Source: Eubacteriales bacterium
GTDB lineage: Bacteria; Bacillota; Clostridia; Oscillospirales; CAG-272
Assembly: GCA_045540175.1 (NCBI GenBank)
Contig: JAZQGU010000070.1
Span: forward strand, 41,412 to 105,411
Direction: 5' to 3'
Length of the DNA: 64,000 bases
How positions within the stretch are numbered: position 1 is the first letter of the stretch; every line of letters starts with the position of its first letter. Position numbers and translations under genes: made by a program. Shown here piece by piece: positions 46,395 through 54,759 of this stretch. Below the pieces are notes generated by a model, which worked only from the letters and a program-made list of their open reading frames with translations, was not told where the DNA came from and searched no databases.

Positions 46395-46562
46395 CTAATT
46401 ATTATAATACAAAACTTCCCATCTGTCAATAAATGAATTCAAACAAAAGTAATTTTGTCAAAAAATTATCATTTTCGCCAAAAAAGCATTGAAAAATAAA
46501 CCGGAGAATAGTATAATAAAAGTAATTTAAACCTTAAAAACCGACAAAACGAGGGTAAACCA

Positions 46563-47432
46563 TTGAAAAGACTGCATATTTTTAACCCTGCCTCGGGTGT
46601 AAAGCACTCCCCGGAGCTTTTGACACAGGGAGCGGCAAACGGCGAAGAAAGCTACATAACTACAGGAATAGGCGACGCCGAGCGCTTCGTTTACGAGACC
46701 TGCATTTCGCGTCCCGAAACACATTTTATTGTATACGGGGGCGACGGAACTATAAACGAAGTCGTATCCGGAATAGTTCGTGCTGATGCCGGCGACAAAG
46801 CGCTCTTTTCCGTTATACCCGCGGGAACGGGAAACGATTTCGTTAAAAGTTTTCCCGAAAAAGACCGTATTTATGACGTTGACGTGTTAAAATACGACGA
46901 CAAGTATGCTGTAAACATTATAAATTTCGGTTTTGACAGCACTGTCGTTATTAAAACCGCGAGATATAAAAAGGCGTTTCCGGGAAGCGCAGCTTACATT
47001 GCGGGTGTTGCTGACACTTTTTTTCACAAAATCGGTGAAAGATGGCAGATCAAGCTTGAAAACGAGGACGGAAGCACAGAAGAATTCGATCAGGACTTTA
47101 CCCTCGCGCTTGCTGCTAACTGTCAGTATTACGGCGGCGGCTTTCATTCCGCTCCGCTCGCGTCCCATAATGACGGGCTTATCGACTTTATTGCAGTGAA
47201 GAAGGTCAAAAGAGGAACATTACTCAATCTGATCGGTTCGTATAAAAAGGGAACGCATCTCGATCCCGAAACCGGAAAGCCCTTCCCAAAATTTGACAAG
47301 CACATCATTTTCCGCCGATGCAAGAGCATTTTCATAAAGGGAATTAATATACTCTGCTCCGACGGCGAGATCGAAGAAAGAAGCGAAGCGGATATCAGCA
47401 TTATTTCCCGTGCCGTCCGCTATGCTACATAA
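46563..47432 (+). CDS. Diacylglycerol/lipid kinase family protein (YegS/DagK-like)
   Basis: The catalytic domain contains FNPASG...VYGGDGTINEVVSG...PAGTGNDF. The start is apparently TTG. Confidence 0.8.
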   Translation: MKRLHIFNPASGVKHSPELLTQGAANGEESYITTGIGDAERFVYETCISRPETHFIVYGGDGTINEVVSGIVRADAGDKALFSVIPAGTGNDFVKSFPEKDRIYDVDVLKYDDKYAVNIINFGFDSTVVIKTARYKKAFPGSAAYIAGVADTFFHKIGERWQIKLENEDGSTEEFDQDFTLALAANCQYYGGGFHSAPLASHNDGLIDFIAVKKVKRGTLLNLIGSYKKGTHLDPETGKPFPKFDKHIIFRRCKSIFIKGINILCSDGEIEERSEADISIISRAVRYAT

Positions 47433-47436
47433 TATA

Positions 47437-48915
47437 ATGAAAAGATATATTCTTGCCCTTGACCAGGGTACGACAAGCTCCCGTGCTATCGTTTACGATA
47501 AGCTCGGAAATAAGATCGGTGAGGCGCAAAGAGAGCTTCCGCAGATCTATCCCCTTTCAGGCTGGGTCGAGCACGATCCGGAGGCAATCTGGTCTACTCA
47601 GCTCTATGCCATTGAGACGGCTGTTAAGAGAGCGGAGATCGACCCGAATGATATTGCCGCTATCGGCATCACAAATCAGAGAGAAACAACCGTTGTTTGG
47701 GACCGCAGAAGCGGAAAGGCACTCTGCAACGCGATCGTATGGCAGTGCCGCCGTACAGCAAGCTACTGCGAAGAGATAAAAAAATCGGGATATGAGCCCG
47801 TTCTTAAAGAAAAAACAGGTCTTATTGCCGATCCGTATTTCTCGCTTACAAAGGTAAAATATATTCTTGATAACGTCGACGGCGCACGCGATCTTGCGGA
47901 TGAGGGAAATCTCGCCTTCGGTACCGTTGACAGCTGGCTAATACACAAGCTCACGAACGGAAAGTGTCACGCGACAGATGCTTCAAACGCATCCCGTACA
48001 ATGATGTACAACATTCACGACGGAAAATGGGATACCGAAATACTTTCACATTTTGGCATACCCGAAAGCATACTGCCTACGATCGTTCCCTCAAGCGGGT
48101 ATATTGCCGATGCCGAAATACTCGGCGTAAAGATACCGATATGCGGGGTCGCGGGCGACCAGCAGGCTTCCCTTTTCGGTCAGTGCTGCTTCAAAAAGGG
48201 TGACGCAAAGAATACCTACGGTACGGGCTGCTTCCTGCTTATGAATACGGGAAGCGACGCGGTTCTTTCAAACGGAGGACTTCTTACAACCGTTGCATGG
48301 CAGATGGACGGAAAGCTCACCTATGCTCTTGAGGGCTCGGTATTTATAGCAGGCGCGGCAATTCAATGGCTCCGCGACGGGCTGGGAATTCTTGCTTCGT
48401 CATCCGACAGCGAAAAAATGGCGCTCGATATACCGAATACTGACGGCGTATATTTCGTCCCCGCATTTACGGGGCTCGGTGCTCCACATTGGGATCCCGA
48501 CTGCCGAGGACTGATCTGCGGTCTTTCACGAGGAAGCGACCGCCGTCATATAGTTCGTGCCGCGCTTGAATCAATGGCGTATCAGACGCTCGACGTTCTT
48601 ATGCTTATGGAAAGAGATTCGGGAACCGAAATACCCGCTCTGCGCGTTGACGGAGGAGCTTCGGCAAACGGTTTTCTCTGCTCCTTCCAAGCGGATATTT
48701 CGAACAAGGCGGTAATACGTCCGTCAAATACCGAAACGACCTCTCTCGGTGCCGCTTATCTTGCGGGGCTCGGATGCGGACTTTATTCGTCTATCGACGA
48801 AATCTCGTCCTTGGCTCAAAATCCGACGGTTTTTGCCCCCAAAATGGAGGAATCCGCCCGTCAAGAATACATTAGCGGCTGGCAAAACGCGGTAAACAAG
48901 ACAATTTTAAGATAA
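47437..48915 (+). CDS. glpK: Glycerol kinase
   Basis: YILALDQGTTSSRAIVYD, ITNQRETTVVWD and GDQQASLFGQ are canonical FGGY/GlpK blocks. Confidence 0.95.
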   Translation: MKRYILALDQGTTSSRAIVYDKLGNKIGEAQRELPQIYPLSGWVEHDPEAIWSTQLYAIETAVKRAEIDPNDIAAIGITNQRETTVVWDRRSGKALCNAIVWQCRRTASYCEEIKKSGYEPVLKEKTGLIADPYFSLTKVKYILDNVDGARDLADEGNLAFGTVDSWLIHKLTNGKCHATDASNASRTMMYNIHDGKWDTEILSHFGIPESILPTIVPSSGYIADAEILGVKIPICGVAGDQQASLFGQCCFKKGDAKNTYGTGCFLLMNTGSDAVLSNGGLLTTVAWQMDGKLTYALEGSVFIAGAAIQWLRDGLGILASSSDSEKMALDIPNTDGVYFVPAFTGLGAPHWDPDCRGLICGLSRGSDRRHIVRAALESMAYQTLDVLMLMERDSGTEIPALRVDGGASANGFLCSFQADISNKAVIRPSNTETTSLGAAYLAGLGCGLYSSIDEISSLAQNPTVFAPKMEESARQEYISGWQNAVNKTILR

Positions 48916-49031
48916 ATTCACAAAAAACTTATATAAATTTCACAAAAAGTAGTGACAAACTTAATTCTTTATGGTATAATGTAGTTGCAGAAAGAAATTT
49001 CTGTAATACCAGCATAGAGGAGATAGTTTTT

Positions 49032-49550
49032 ATGAAGATCAACATTATCGGACGCAAGATCAACGTGAGAGAAAGCTTCAAGGAAGTAGTCGAGAAGAAG
49101 CTTGCAAAGCTTGACAAGTACTTCAAAGACGACGCCTCAGCCTACGTTACGATGAGCATGGAGAAAAATGCCGAACGCCTCGAGGTTACGGTAACAAGCG
49201 GTGCTCTTCTCTTCCGCTCCGAAGAAAGCGCTGATACCTTCGTAAACGCCCTCGATACCGCCGTCGATACCATCGAACGCCAGATCAGAAAAAACAAGAC
49301 CCGTCTTGAAAAGCGTCTCCGCGACGGAGCGTTCCGTGAGATCGGCGAACAGCCCGAGGAGTACGAAGAAGCTTTCAACATCCGCGAAAAGACCTTCGTA
49401 ATGAAGCCGATGACCCCCGAAGAGGCTATCCTCCAGATGAATCTTATCGGTCACGAGTTCTTCATGTTCGAAAATTCCGAAACGGGAAATGCCGCAGTCG
49501 TTTACAAAAGAAAGAACGGCGGATACGGACTTATAAACCCCGAAAAATAA
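49032..49550 (+). CDS. hpf: Ribosome hibernation-promoting factor (long HPF)
   Basis: MKINIIGRKINVRESFKEVVEKKLAKLDKYF, plus the C-terminal dimerisation domain (MKPMTPEEAILQMNLIGHEFFMFEN). Confidence 0.9.
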   Translation: MKINIIGRKINVRESFKEVVEKKLAKLDKYFKDDASAYVTMSMEKNAERLEVTVTSGALLFRSEESADTFVNALDTAVDTIERQIRKNKTRLEKRLRDGAFREIGEQPEEYEEAFNIREKTFVMKPMTPEEAILQMNLIGHEFFMFENSETGNAAVVYKRKNGGYGLINPEK

Positions 49551-49560
49551 ATAATACCTG

Positions 49561-49591
49561 CCGCCGAGCGTAATGCTCGGCGGTTATTTTT
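49561..49591 (+). terminator. Intrinsic terminator after hpf
   Basis: CCGCCGAGC-gtaat-GCTCGGCGG followed by TTATTTTT. Confidence 0.85.
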
Positions 49592-49768
49592 GACGGGTTT
49601 ATAATGAATATAATTATACCCATAAACAACAAAGCACCAACTCCATTACCGAATTGGTGGTTATTTCTTCTTAAATAAAACTAATTTTGCTAAACTTATT
49701 GAAAATATTGATATAATATGCTACAATATGTTTGCCTTTATAACAAAATCTACTTTTAGGAGAACAAT

Positions 49769-50137
49769 ATGGCAAACGGTGGTAAGAAAAAATCCCTTAT
49801 AAAAGACATTGCAATCGTTTCGTGTATATGGGGTCCACTACTCTTTATTATAATTGGCGGCATTGCTTGGCGAAAAGGTAGTTTTGATGGCACACTTATG
49901 GAGCAATTATTCCCTGCTATGTTCTGTGGTTTCATTGCTGCATTTGTCATAGTAATTATATTAAGCAATTTCTTTCGCGATTTAACTATCCTGTGGTGGG
50001 TAAGTGCAATTGTTATCTTTGTTGCTACGGTTGTGTGCTATATGCTTAAACTCACATCCATTCTAACAGTCGGTGCGATTATCTTGGGTATTGGACTTTG
50101 CTTGCTCGTTCTCATTAGATGGATTGCAGGCAGATAA
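49769..50137 (+). CDS. Hypothetical 4-TM membrane protein in an AT-rich segment
   Basis: It has an AGGAG RBS, hydrophobic helices and its own terminator at 50213-50245. I recognise no family. Confidence 0.5.
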   Translation: MANGGKKKSLIKDIAIVSCIWGPLLFIIIGGIAWRKGSFDGTLMEQLFPAMFCGFIAAFVIVIILSNFFRDLTILWWVSAIVIFVATVVCYMLKLTSILTVGAIILGIGLCLLVLIRWIAGR

Positions 50138-50212
50138 TGTAGTGTGACTTTGCCACACCTTCACTTACCTTTATAAGAAACATTTAACAAAGAATACTTA
50201 TCACAAACACGA

Positions 50213-50245
50213 AAGACCTATCGTTTGATAGGTCTTATCTTTTTC
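50213..50245 (+). terminator. Intrinsic terminator
   Basis: AAGACCTATC-gtttg-ATAGGTCTT followed by ATCTTTTTC. Confidence 0.8.
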
Positions 50246-50334
50246 ATTTTTCTTAAAGAAATAAGTAGAAATATCCGTTAAAATGGATTACGAAATAGCA
50301 TATTTACGAAATAATATAATTGTCGGCTTAATAA

Positions 50335-50363
50335 TTGACACGCAATAATTTATGTGATATAAT
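50335..50363 (+). promoter_or_regulatory. Consensus sigma-A promoter of the TerB-N/C - ATPase pair
   Basis: TTGACA-cgcaataatttatgtga-TATAAT (17-nt spacer), 35 nt before the ATG, with an AAAGGAGG RBS. Confidence 0.65.
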
Positions 50364-50397
50364 TATATGATACCAAGAACGGGAAAGGAGGAGAGAT

Positions 50398-52176
50398 ATG
50401 TCGAAAAAGGGATTTAACACCTTTGATCTTAACGACGGCTTTTGGGATATTGACGAAATGATCCCAAAGAAAAAGGTCGGCGCGGTCTTTTCCGATGATA
50501 CCGATACCGTTGAAATACAGGTAAATTCCGGTGCTGAGAAGAAGGGTATGCCGCTGCCAAAAAACGATTCATGGCAGAAAAGACTTGCTGAAATGAAAAG
50601 CGGAGAGACTGCCCTTGATCCTTCCCCGTCCGACCGTCTTGAAAGAGCCAAGGCGGCACTCAAGACCGCCGAAGCCAAGCACCTTTCCTATGCCGCTGCC
50701 GCTTTCGGTGACAAGGAGGAAAAGAAAAACGAGCAGATCGAGGTTTCCCCTTCGGACGAGCCGCTTTTTTCCTACTCTCCGAAGCGTAATCCGTTGCTTG
50801 AGAACGTAACAGTACGTCTTTGGCCTGCCAAATACTCATTTTATGAGCAGTTCCGCAATAACGCGGTCAAGCTTTTTGAGCGCGAGGGTAAGGAATGTCA
50901 GTACGAGCCGTTCTTTTCCTTTACGCCGCAGTACGTTCAGATGTCGCGCAGACAGCTTGATTACTACCTCTATTTCAGAAGCAAGATCAGGCGTGGGGAA
51001 AAGATAAAGGCTGACTATTCCTATATTCTTCTTCTCGTTTACGAGATTATTAACGTCCCCGACCTGCTTCCCCCCGAAAACGGACTTGATATGCTTGTTT
51101 TTCTTTGGGAAAGCTACCGATCGGAATATCCGAAGCTTGACCGTCATTTGAGCGAATGGGTATGTGATTACTGCCTTATACACAAGCTTGACGGCAGATA
51201 TATTCCCCTATCGCTGGCAAGCGAGGCGGCAAGATGCTGTTCGCTGAAGGAATTTTACGCAGGTCTTGACGCAAGCGAGGGGTCTCCGTACGCATCTGCC
51301 CTCTTTTCCTACGGATCGATTTACAATTACAGAAACAGCAAATTTATTACCGACGAAAACCGCGAGCTATTTGACCGCCACATAAAAGCGGCATTCATAT
51401 ATGCTTTTACAAAGGCGGAAAATGAGCATCTGACAATACTTGCCCCTGTTGGTAACAAGGCTATGATTCCTGTTAAGATCACTCGTGATGCATTCGTAGG
51501 AGCGCTTTGTGCCTATAACGTAAAGAGACGGATCGAGGTTTCTTACCTTTCGGTCTCGCGTTCTGCCGAGCTCCGCTATGCTGTTACCGATGCGGTCAAG
51601 TTCGCAGAAAACAACGTCCGCGCTCTGCTCGGGATCAGAAGCCGATTCCATACACCCAACCTCGCGCCTCCTTTGAAAAATGCGATTCTCGAATATTTTG
51701 AACCGTTTAGAAAAGAGGTAAAGAAGGAGCAGGAAAAGATCGCAGCAGTTCCCGAATATGATATTCTTTACGAGCCCATTGCTTCCGAGCTGTCTCTTTC
51801 CGACGCAAAAAATATCGAAATGCACTCGTGGCATACAACTGACCTATTGACAGACGGGATTGACGAATATGCCCCCGACCCTGAGGTCGAAAAAACGATT
51901 GAGCCCGAAATAATATCCGAACCCGAAAATGACGCTAAACAAGGCTCTGACGGGATAGCAGAAGCGCTGACGCATCTTATAAACAACGATAGAGCAGGCT
52001 TTATAAGCCTTTCACACAATCTGGGCGTGCTCCCCGACGCCCTTTGCGAAGCAATAAACGACCGTCTTTACGACACGGTCGGTGATATAGTTGTCGAGCT
52101 CGGGGACGGCGGCTATGAGCTTGTCGCCGATTATTTGGAGGAAATTAACGAATGGCTGAAAACACAGAAAAGGTAA
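50398..52176 (+). CDS. TerB-N and TerB-C domain-containing protein
   Basis: The TerB-N-like block is YEPFFSFTPQYVQMSRRQLDYYLYFRSKIRRGEKIKADYSYILLLVYEIIN. The acidic C-terminal TerB-C-like block is LPDALCEAINDRLYDTVGDIVVELGDGGYELVADYLEEI. Confidence 0.7.
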   Translation: MSKKGFNTFDLNDGFWDIDEMIPKKKVGAVFSDDTDTVEIQVNSGAEKKGMPLPKNDSWQKRLAEMKSGETALDPSPSDRLERAKAALKTAEAKHLSYAAAAFGDKEEKKNEQIEVSPSDEPLFSYSPKRNPLLENVTVRLWPAKYSFYEQFRNNAVKLFEREGKECQYEPFFSFTPQYVQMSRRQLDYYLYFRSKIRRGEKIKADYSYILLLVYEIINVPDLLPPENGLDMLVFLWESYRSEYPKLDRHLSEWVCDYCLIHKLDGRYIPLSLASEAARCCSLKEFYAGLDASEGSPYASALFSYGSIYNYRNSKFITDENRELFDRHIKAAFIYAFTKAENEHLTILAPVGNKAMIPVKITRDAFVGALCAYNVKRRIEVSYLSVSRSAELRYAVTDAVKFAENNVRALLGIRSRFHTPNLAPPLKNAILEYFEPFRKEVKKEQEKIAAVPEYDILYEPIASELSLSDAKNIEMHSWHTTDLLTDGIDEYAPDPEVEKTIEPEIISEPENDAKQGSDGIAEALTHLINNDRAGFISLSHNLGVLPDALCEAINDRLYDTVGDIVVELGDGGYELVADYLEEINEWLKTQKR

Positions 52177-53486
52177 CGGTACCTAAGAGAATACTTTCTT
52201 CTCTTATACGTTCAATATCGGCGGGCGTGGTTCCCCGTCTCGGCGCGCCTTATATAGCTATCGGGCGCGACGATGAGATCGCGGCTCTCCTTTCCGACCT
52301 TAACCAGGTAAGTGAAGGCGGATCGGCAATGCGCTTTCTTATCGGCAAATACGGAAGCGGTAAGAGCTTTCTTATGCAGCTTATGCGCGGGTACGCGCTT
52401 GAGCGCGGTTTCCTTACCGCCGACTGCGATCTTTCTCCCGAAAGACGTATCTGCGGCGCTAAGGGAAGCGGACTTTCCACCTATCGAGAGCTTATAAGAA
52501 ATCTTTCGTCCAAGACCTCTCCCGAGGGCGGTGCACTTTCGGGAATCATATCGAAATGGCTTTCAGCTTTACAGAGCGAGGTCGCGTCAGAGGGAATAAT
52601 GCCCTCAGACTCAAGCTTTTACAACGAAGTCGCAAAGCGTGTTTTTGCAGTTACGCGTGAGCTTGAAAACAGCGTCGGCGGATTTGATTTTGCTTACGTT
52701 ATCACCGAATATTACCGCGCGGCAATAAACGATGATGACGAAAAAAAGAGCCACGCTCTCCGCTGGCTCCGCGGTGAATATGAAACAAAGACCGAAGCGC
52801 GCCGAGATCTCGGAGTTAATTCGATAATCGACGACGACAGCTGGTACGACTACATCAAGCTTTGGGCTGAATTCGGAAGAAAGCTCGGCTATAACGGACT
52901 CGTTGTTTTCATTGATGAATGTGTTAATCTTTATAAGATATCGAACCGTATTTCGCGTGAAAACAACTACGAAAAGATCCTTTCGATGTTCAACGACACT
53001 CTCCAGGGCAAAGCGAAGGGGCTTGACATCGTTCTCGGCGGAACTCCTCAATTTCTCGAGGACACGCGAAGAGGTCTTTATAGCTACGAGGCACTTCGCT
53101 CACGCCTTACAGACAGCCGTTTCGGCAACGAGGGATACCGCGATCTTATGGGTCCCGTCATCCGTCTGCGCCGTCTTTCCGACAATGAGCTTTACGCGCT
53201 TATAACGCGTCTTACCAAGCTCCACGCTCAGCATTTTGCCTGGGAACCGAGAGTAACAGATACCGATCTCGAGAATTTTCTTAAGAGCTCTCTTTCCCGC
53301 GCGGGAGCCGACGTTATGATAACTCCCCGAGAGATCATACGCGACTATATGTCGATGCTTAATATTCTCTGCCAGAACCCTGATCTTTCAGCTTCTGACG
53401 TTATCGGAAAGGTCGCAGAACCTGCCCCCAAAGCAGAAGAACAGCCGCAAAAGCAAAGATTCACCCTCTCGGATATTGAGCTTTAA
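52152..53486 (+). CDS. DUF2791 / BrxC-BrxD-type P-loop ATPase
   Basis: SAGVVPRLGAPYIAIGRDDEIAALLSDL..GGSAMRFLIGKYGSGKSFLMQLMRGYALERGF..ADCDLSPERR matches the family pattern as I recall it. Walker B is LVVFIDEC. It overlaps the upstream ORF by 25 nt. Confidence 0.7.
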   Translation: MAENTEKVTVPKRILSSLIRSISAGVVPRLGAPYIAIGRDDEIAALLSDLNQVSEGGSAMRFLIGKYGSGKSFLMQLMRGYALERGFLTADCDLSPERRICGAKGSGLSTYRELIRNLSSKTSPEGGALSGIISKWLSALQSEVASEGIMPSDSSFYNEVAKRVFAVTRELENSVGGFDFAYVITEYYRAAINDDDEKKSHALRWLRGEYETKTEARRDLGVNSIIDDDSWYDYIKLWAEFGRKLGYNGLVVFIDECVNLYKISNRISRENNYEKILSMFNDTLQGKAKGLDIVLGGTPQFLEDTRRGLYSYEALRSRLTDSRFGNEGYRDLMGPVIRLRRLSDNELYALITRLTKLHAQHFAWEPRVTDTDLENFLKSSLSRAGADVMITPREIIRDYMSMLNILCQNPDLSASDVIGKVAEPAPKAEEQPQKQRFTLSDIEL

Positions 53487-53839
53487 CGGAATATCATAAC
53501 AAGCCCTCCCAAAATAACCGTCAGGGCAAATATCCATTTTACAGCTTTTAGCTTAAGCTTTGTTAAGAGAATTGCCCCAAATGCGCCGCCGAGCGCGGCG
53601 GGAACAATATAGCGCAATGAAGAAAAGAACGGCAGATGCCCTTTCAAATGGTAAATCACCGCCGAAACTGCGGCGAACGCGGCAGTTATAAACGCAGTCT
53701 GCGCGAAGACCTTCTTCTTCTCTTTTTTGAGCAAAAGCGACAGCGCAAAGATAAGAACCACCCCGCCTCCCGCTCCGAAAAATCCGCTTACCAAGCCCGA
53801 AAGAACACCGACGGTTACAAGCTTTAATACTTTACTCAT
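53483..53839 (-). CDS. TSUP (TauE/SafE) family membrane protein, half-size
   Basis: 118 aa. GLVSGFFGAGGGVVLI and AALGGAFGAILL glycine-rich TM motifs are typical of TSUP half-repeats. Confidence 0.6.
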   Translation of the reverse strand: MSKVLKLVTVGVLSGLVSGFFGAGGGVVLIFALSLLLKKEKKKVFAQTAFITAAFAAVSAVIYHLKGHLPFFSSLRYIVPAALGGAFGAILLTKLKLKAVKWIFALTVILGGLVMIFR

Positions 53840-53928
53840 ATTTTTATCCCCTTTTTTAATCAATACTTGTCATTTTGTGAAAAATCTGTTATTATATATG
53901 TGGTAGACTGTTTTTGGAGGAATTACCC

Positions 53929-54747
53929 TTGAATCTATTGTCTGCCATTATCTACGGTATAATACAGGGCGCATCGGAATTTTTGCCGATATCGAGCTCG
54001 GGGCATCTTGCTCTGTTTCAGCATTTTTTCGGCGGAAATATCGAAAGCGATTATTTCACGTTTGATATTCTTTTACACCTTGCTACGCTTTTTTCGGTAA
54101 CAGTTTTTTATTCGAAGGATATTTTCCCGCTGTTCGGAGCATTTTTCAGAGTATTGCGAAAGCTTCTTAGCAGAAATTTTCGGTACAACGAATGCGACGG
54201 TGACGAACGGCTTATCGTTTTGCTGTTCATAGCCTCTGCTCCCCTGATTCTTGCTCCGCTTTTCGAAAACAAGGTTGAGGGGATCGGTATCGGCGCGATA
54301 GGCATTCTGATGATAATTAACGGAATCGTTTTATTTTTCAGCGATCTGATACCCAACGGAGACAAGGATCTGTATTCCGCTAAACCGAAAAACGCATTTT
54401 TCATCGGCATTTGCCAGCTATGCGCTGTCTTTCCCGGGCTTTCCCGTTCAGGATCCACGATAACCGCAGGGCGGATATGCGGCTTCGACCGATCGTTTGC
54501 CGTTAAGTTTTCATTTCTTATGTCACTTCCCGCCGTCATCGGCGCGAATATATTCAAGCTCCCCGAGCTTATCAGTACTCCCGTGCCGAAAGCCGAGCTT
54601 ATACCGTATGCCGTCGGAATGGTTTTCGCCGCTGCCGTCGGTATACTCTCCATGAAGCTGATCCGGCTTATGTCAAAGGGCTCGAGCTTTAAAGTTTTCT
54701 CAATCTACTGTATTACAATAGGAACTATCGCGTTATTCTTAAGATAA
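53929..54747 (+). CDS. uppP: Undecaprenyl-diphosphate phosphatase
   Basis: IIYGIIQGASEFLPISSSGHL and PGLSRSGSTI motifs. The start is placed at TTG 53929, 8 nt after GGAGG. Confidence 0.9.
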   Translation: MNLLSAIIYGIIQGASEFLPISSSGHLALFQHFFGGNIESDYFTFDILLHLATLFSVTVFYSKDIFPLFGAFFRVLRKLLSRNFRYNECDGDERLIVLLFIASAPLILAPLFENKVEGIGIGAIGILMIINGIVLFFSDLIPNGDKDLYSAKPKNAFFIGICQLCAVFPGLSRSGSTITAGRICGFDRSFAVKFSFLMSLPAVIGANIFKLPELISTPVPKAELIPYAVGMVFAAAVGILSMKLIRLMSKGSSFKVFSIYCITIGTIALFLR

Positions 54748-54759
54748 GGATGTGTTAAA

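Noticed and set aside
48917-48955. Direct repeat of TTCACAAAAA (two copies about 25 nt apart) and a GAAA-tetraloop hairpin in the hpf leader.
   Set aside because: These are short A-rich words that are expected by chance in an AT-rich spacer. I cannot tie them to a known regulator.
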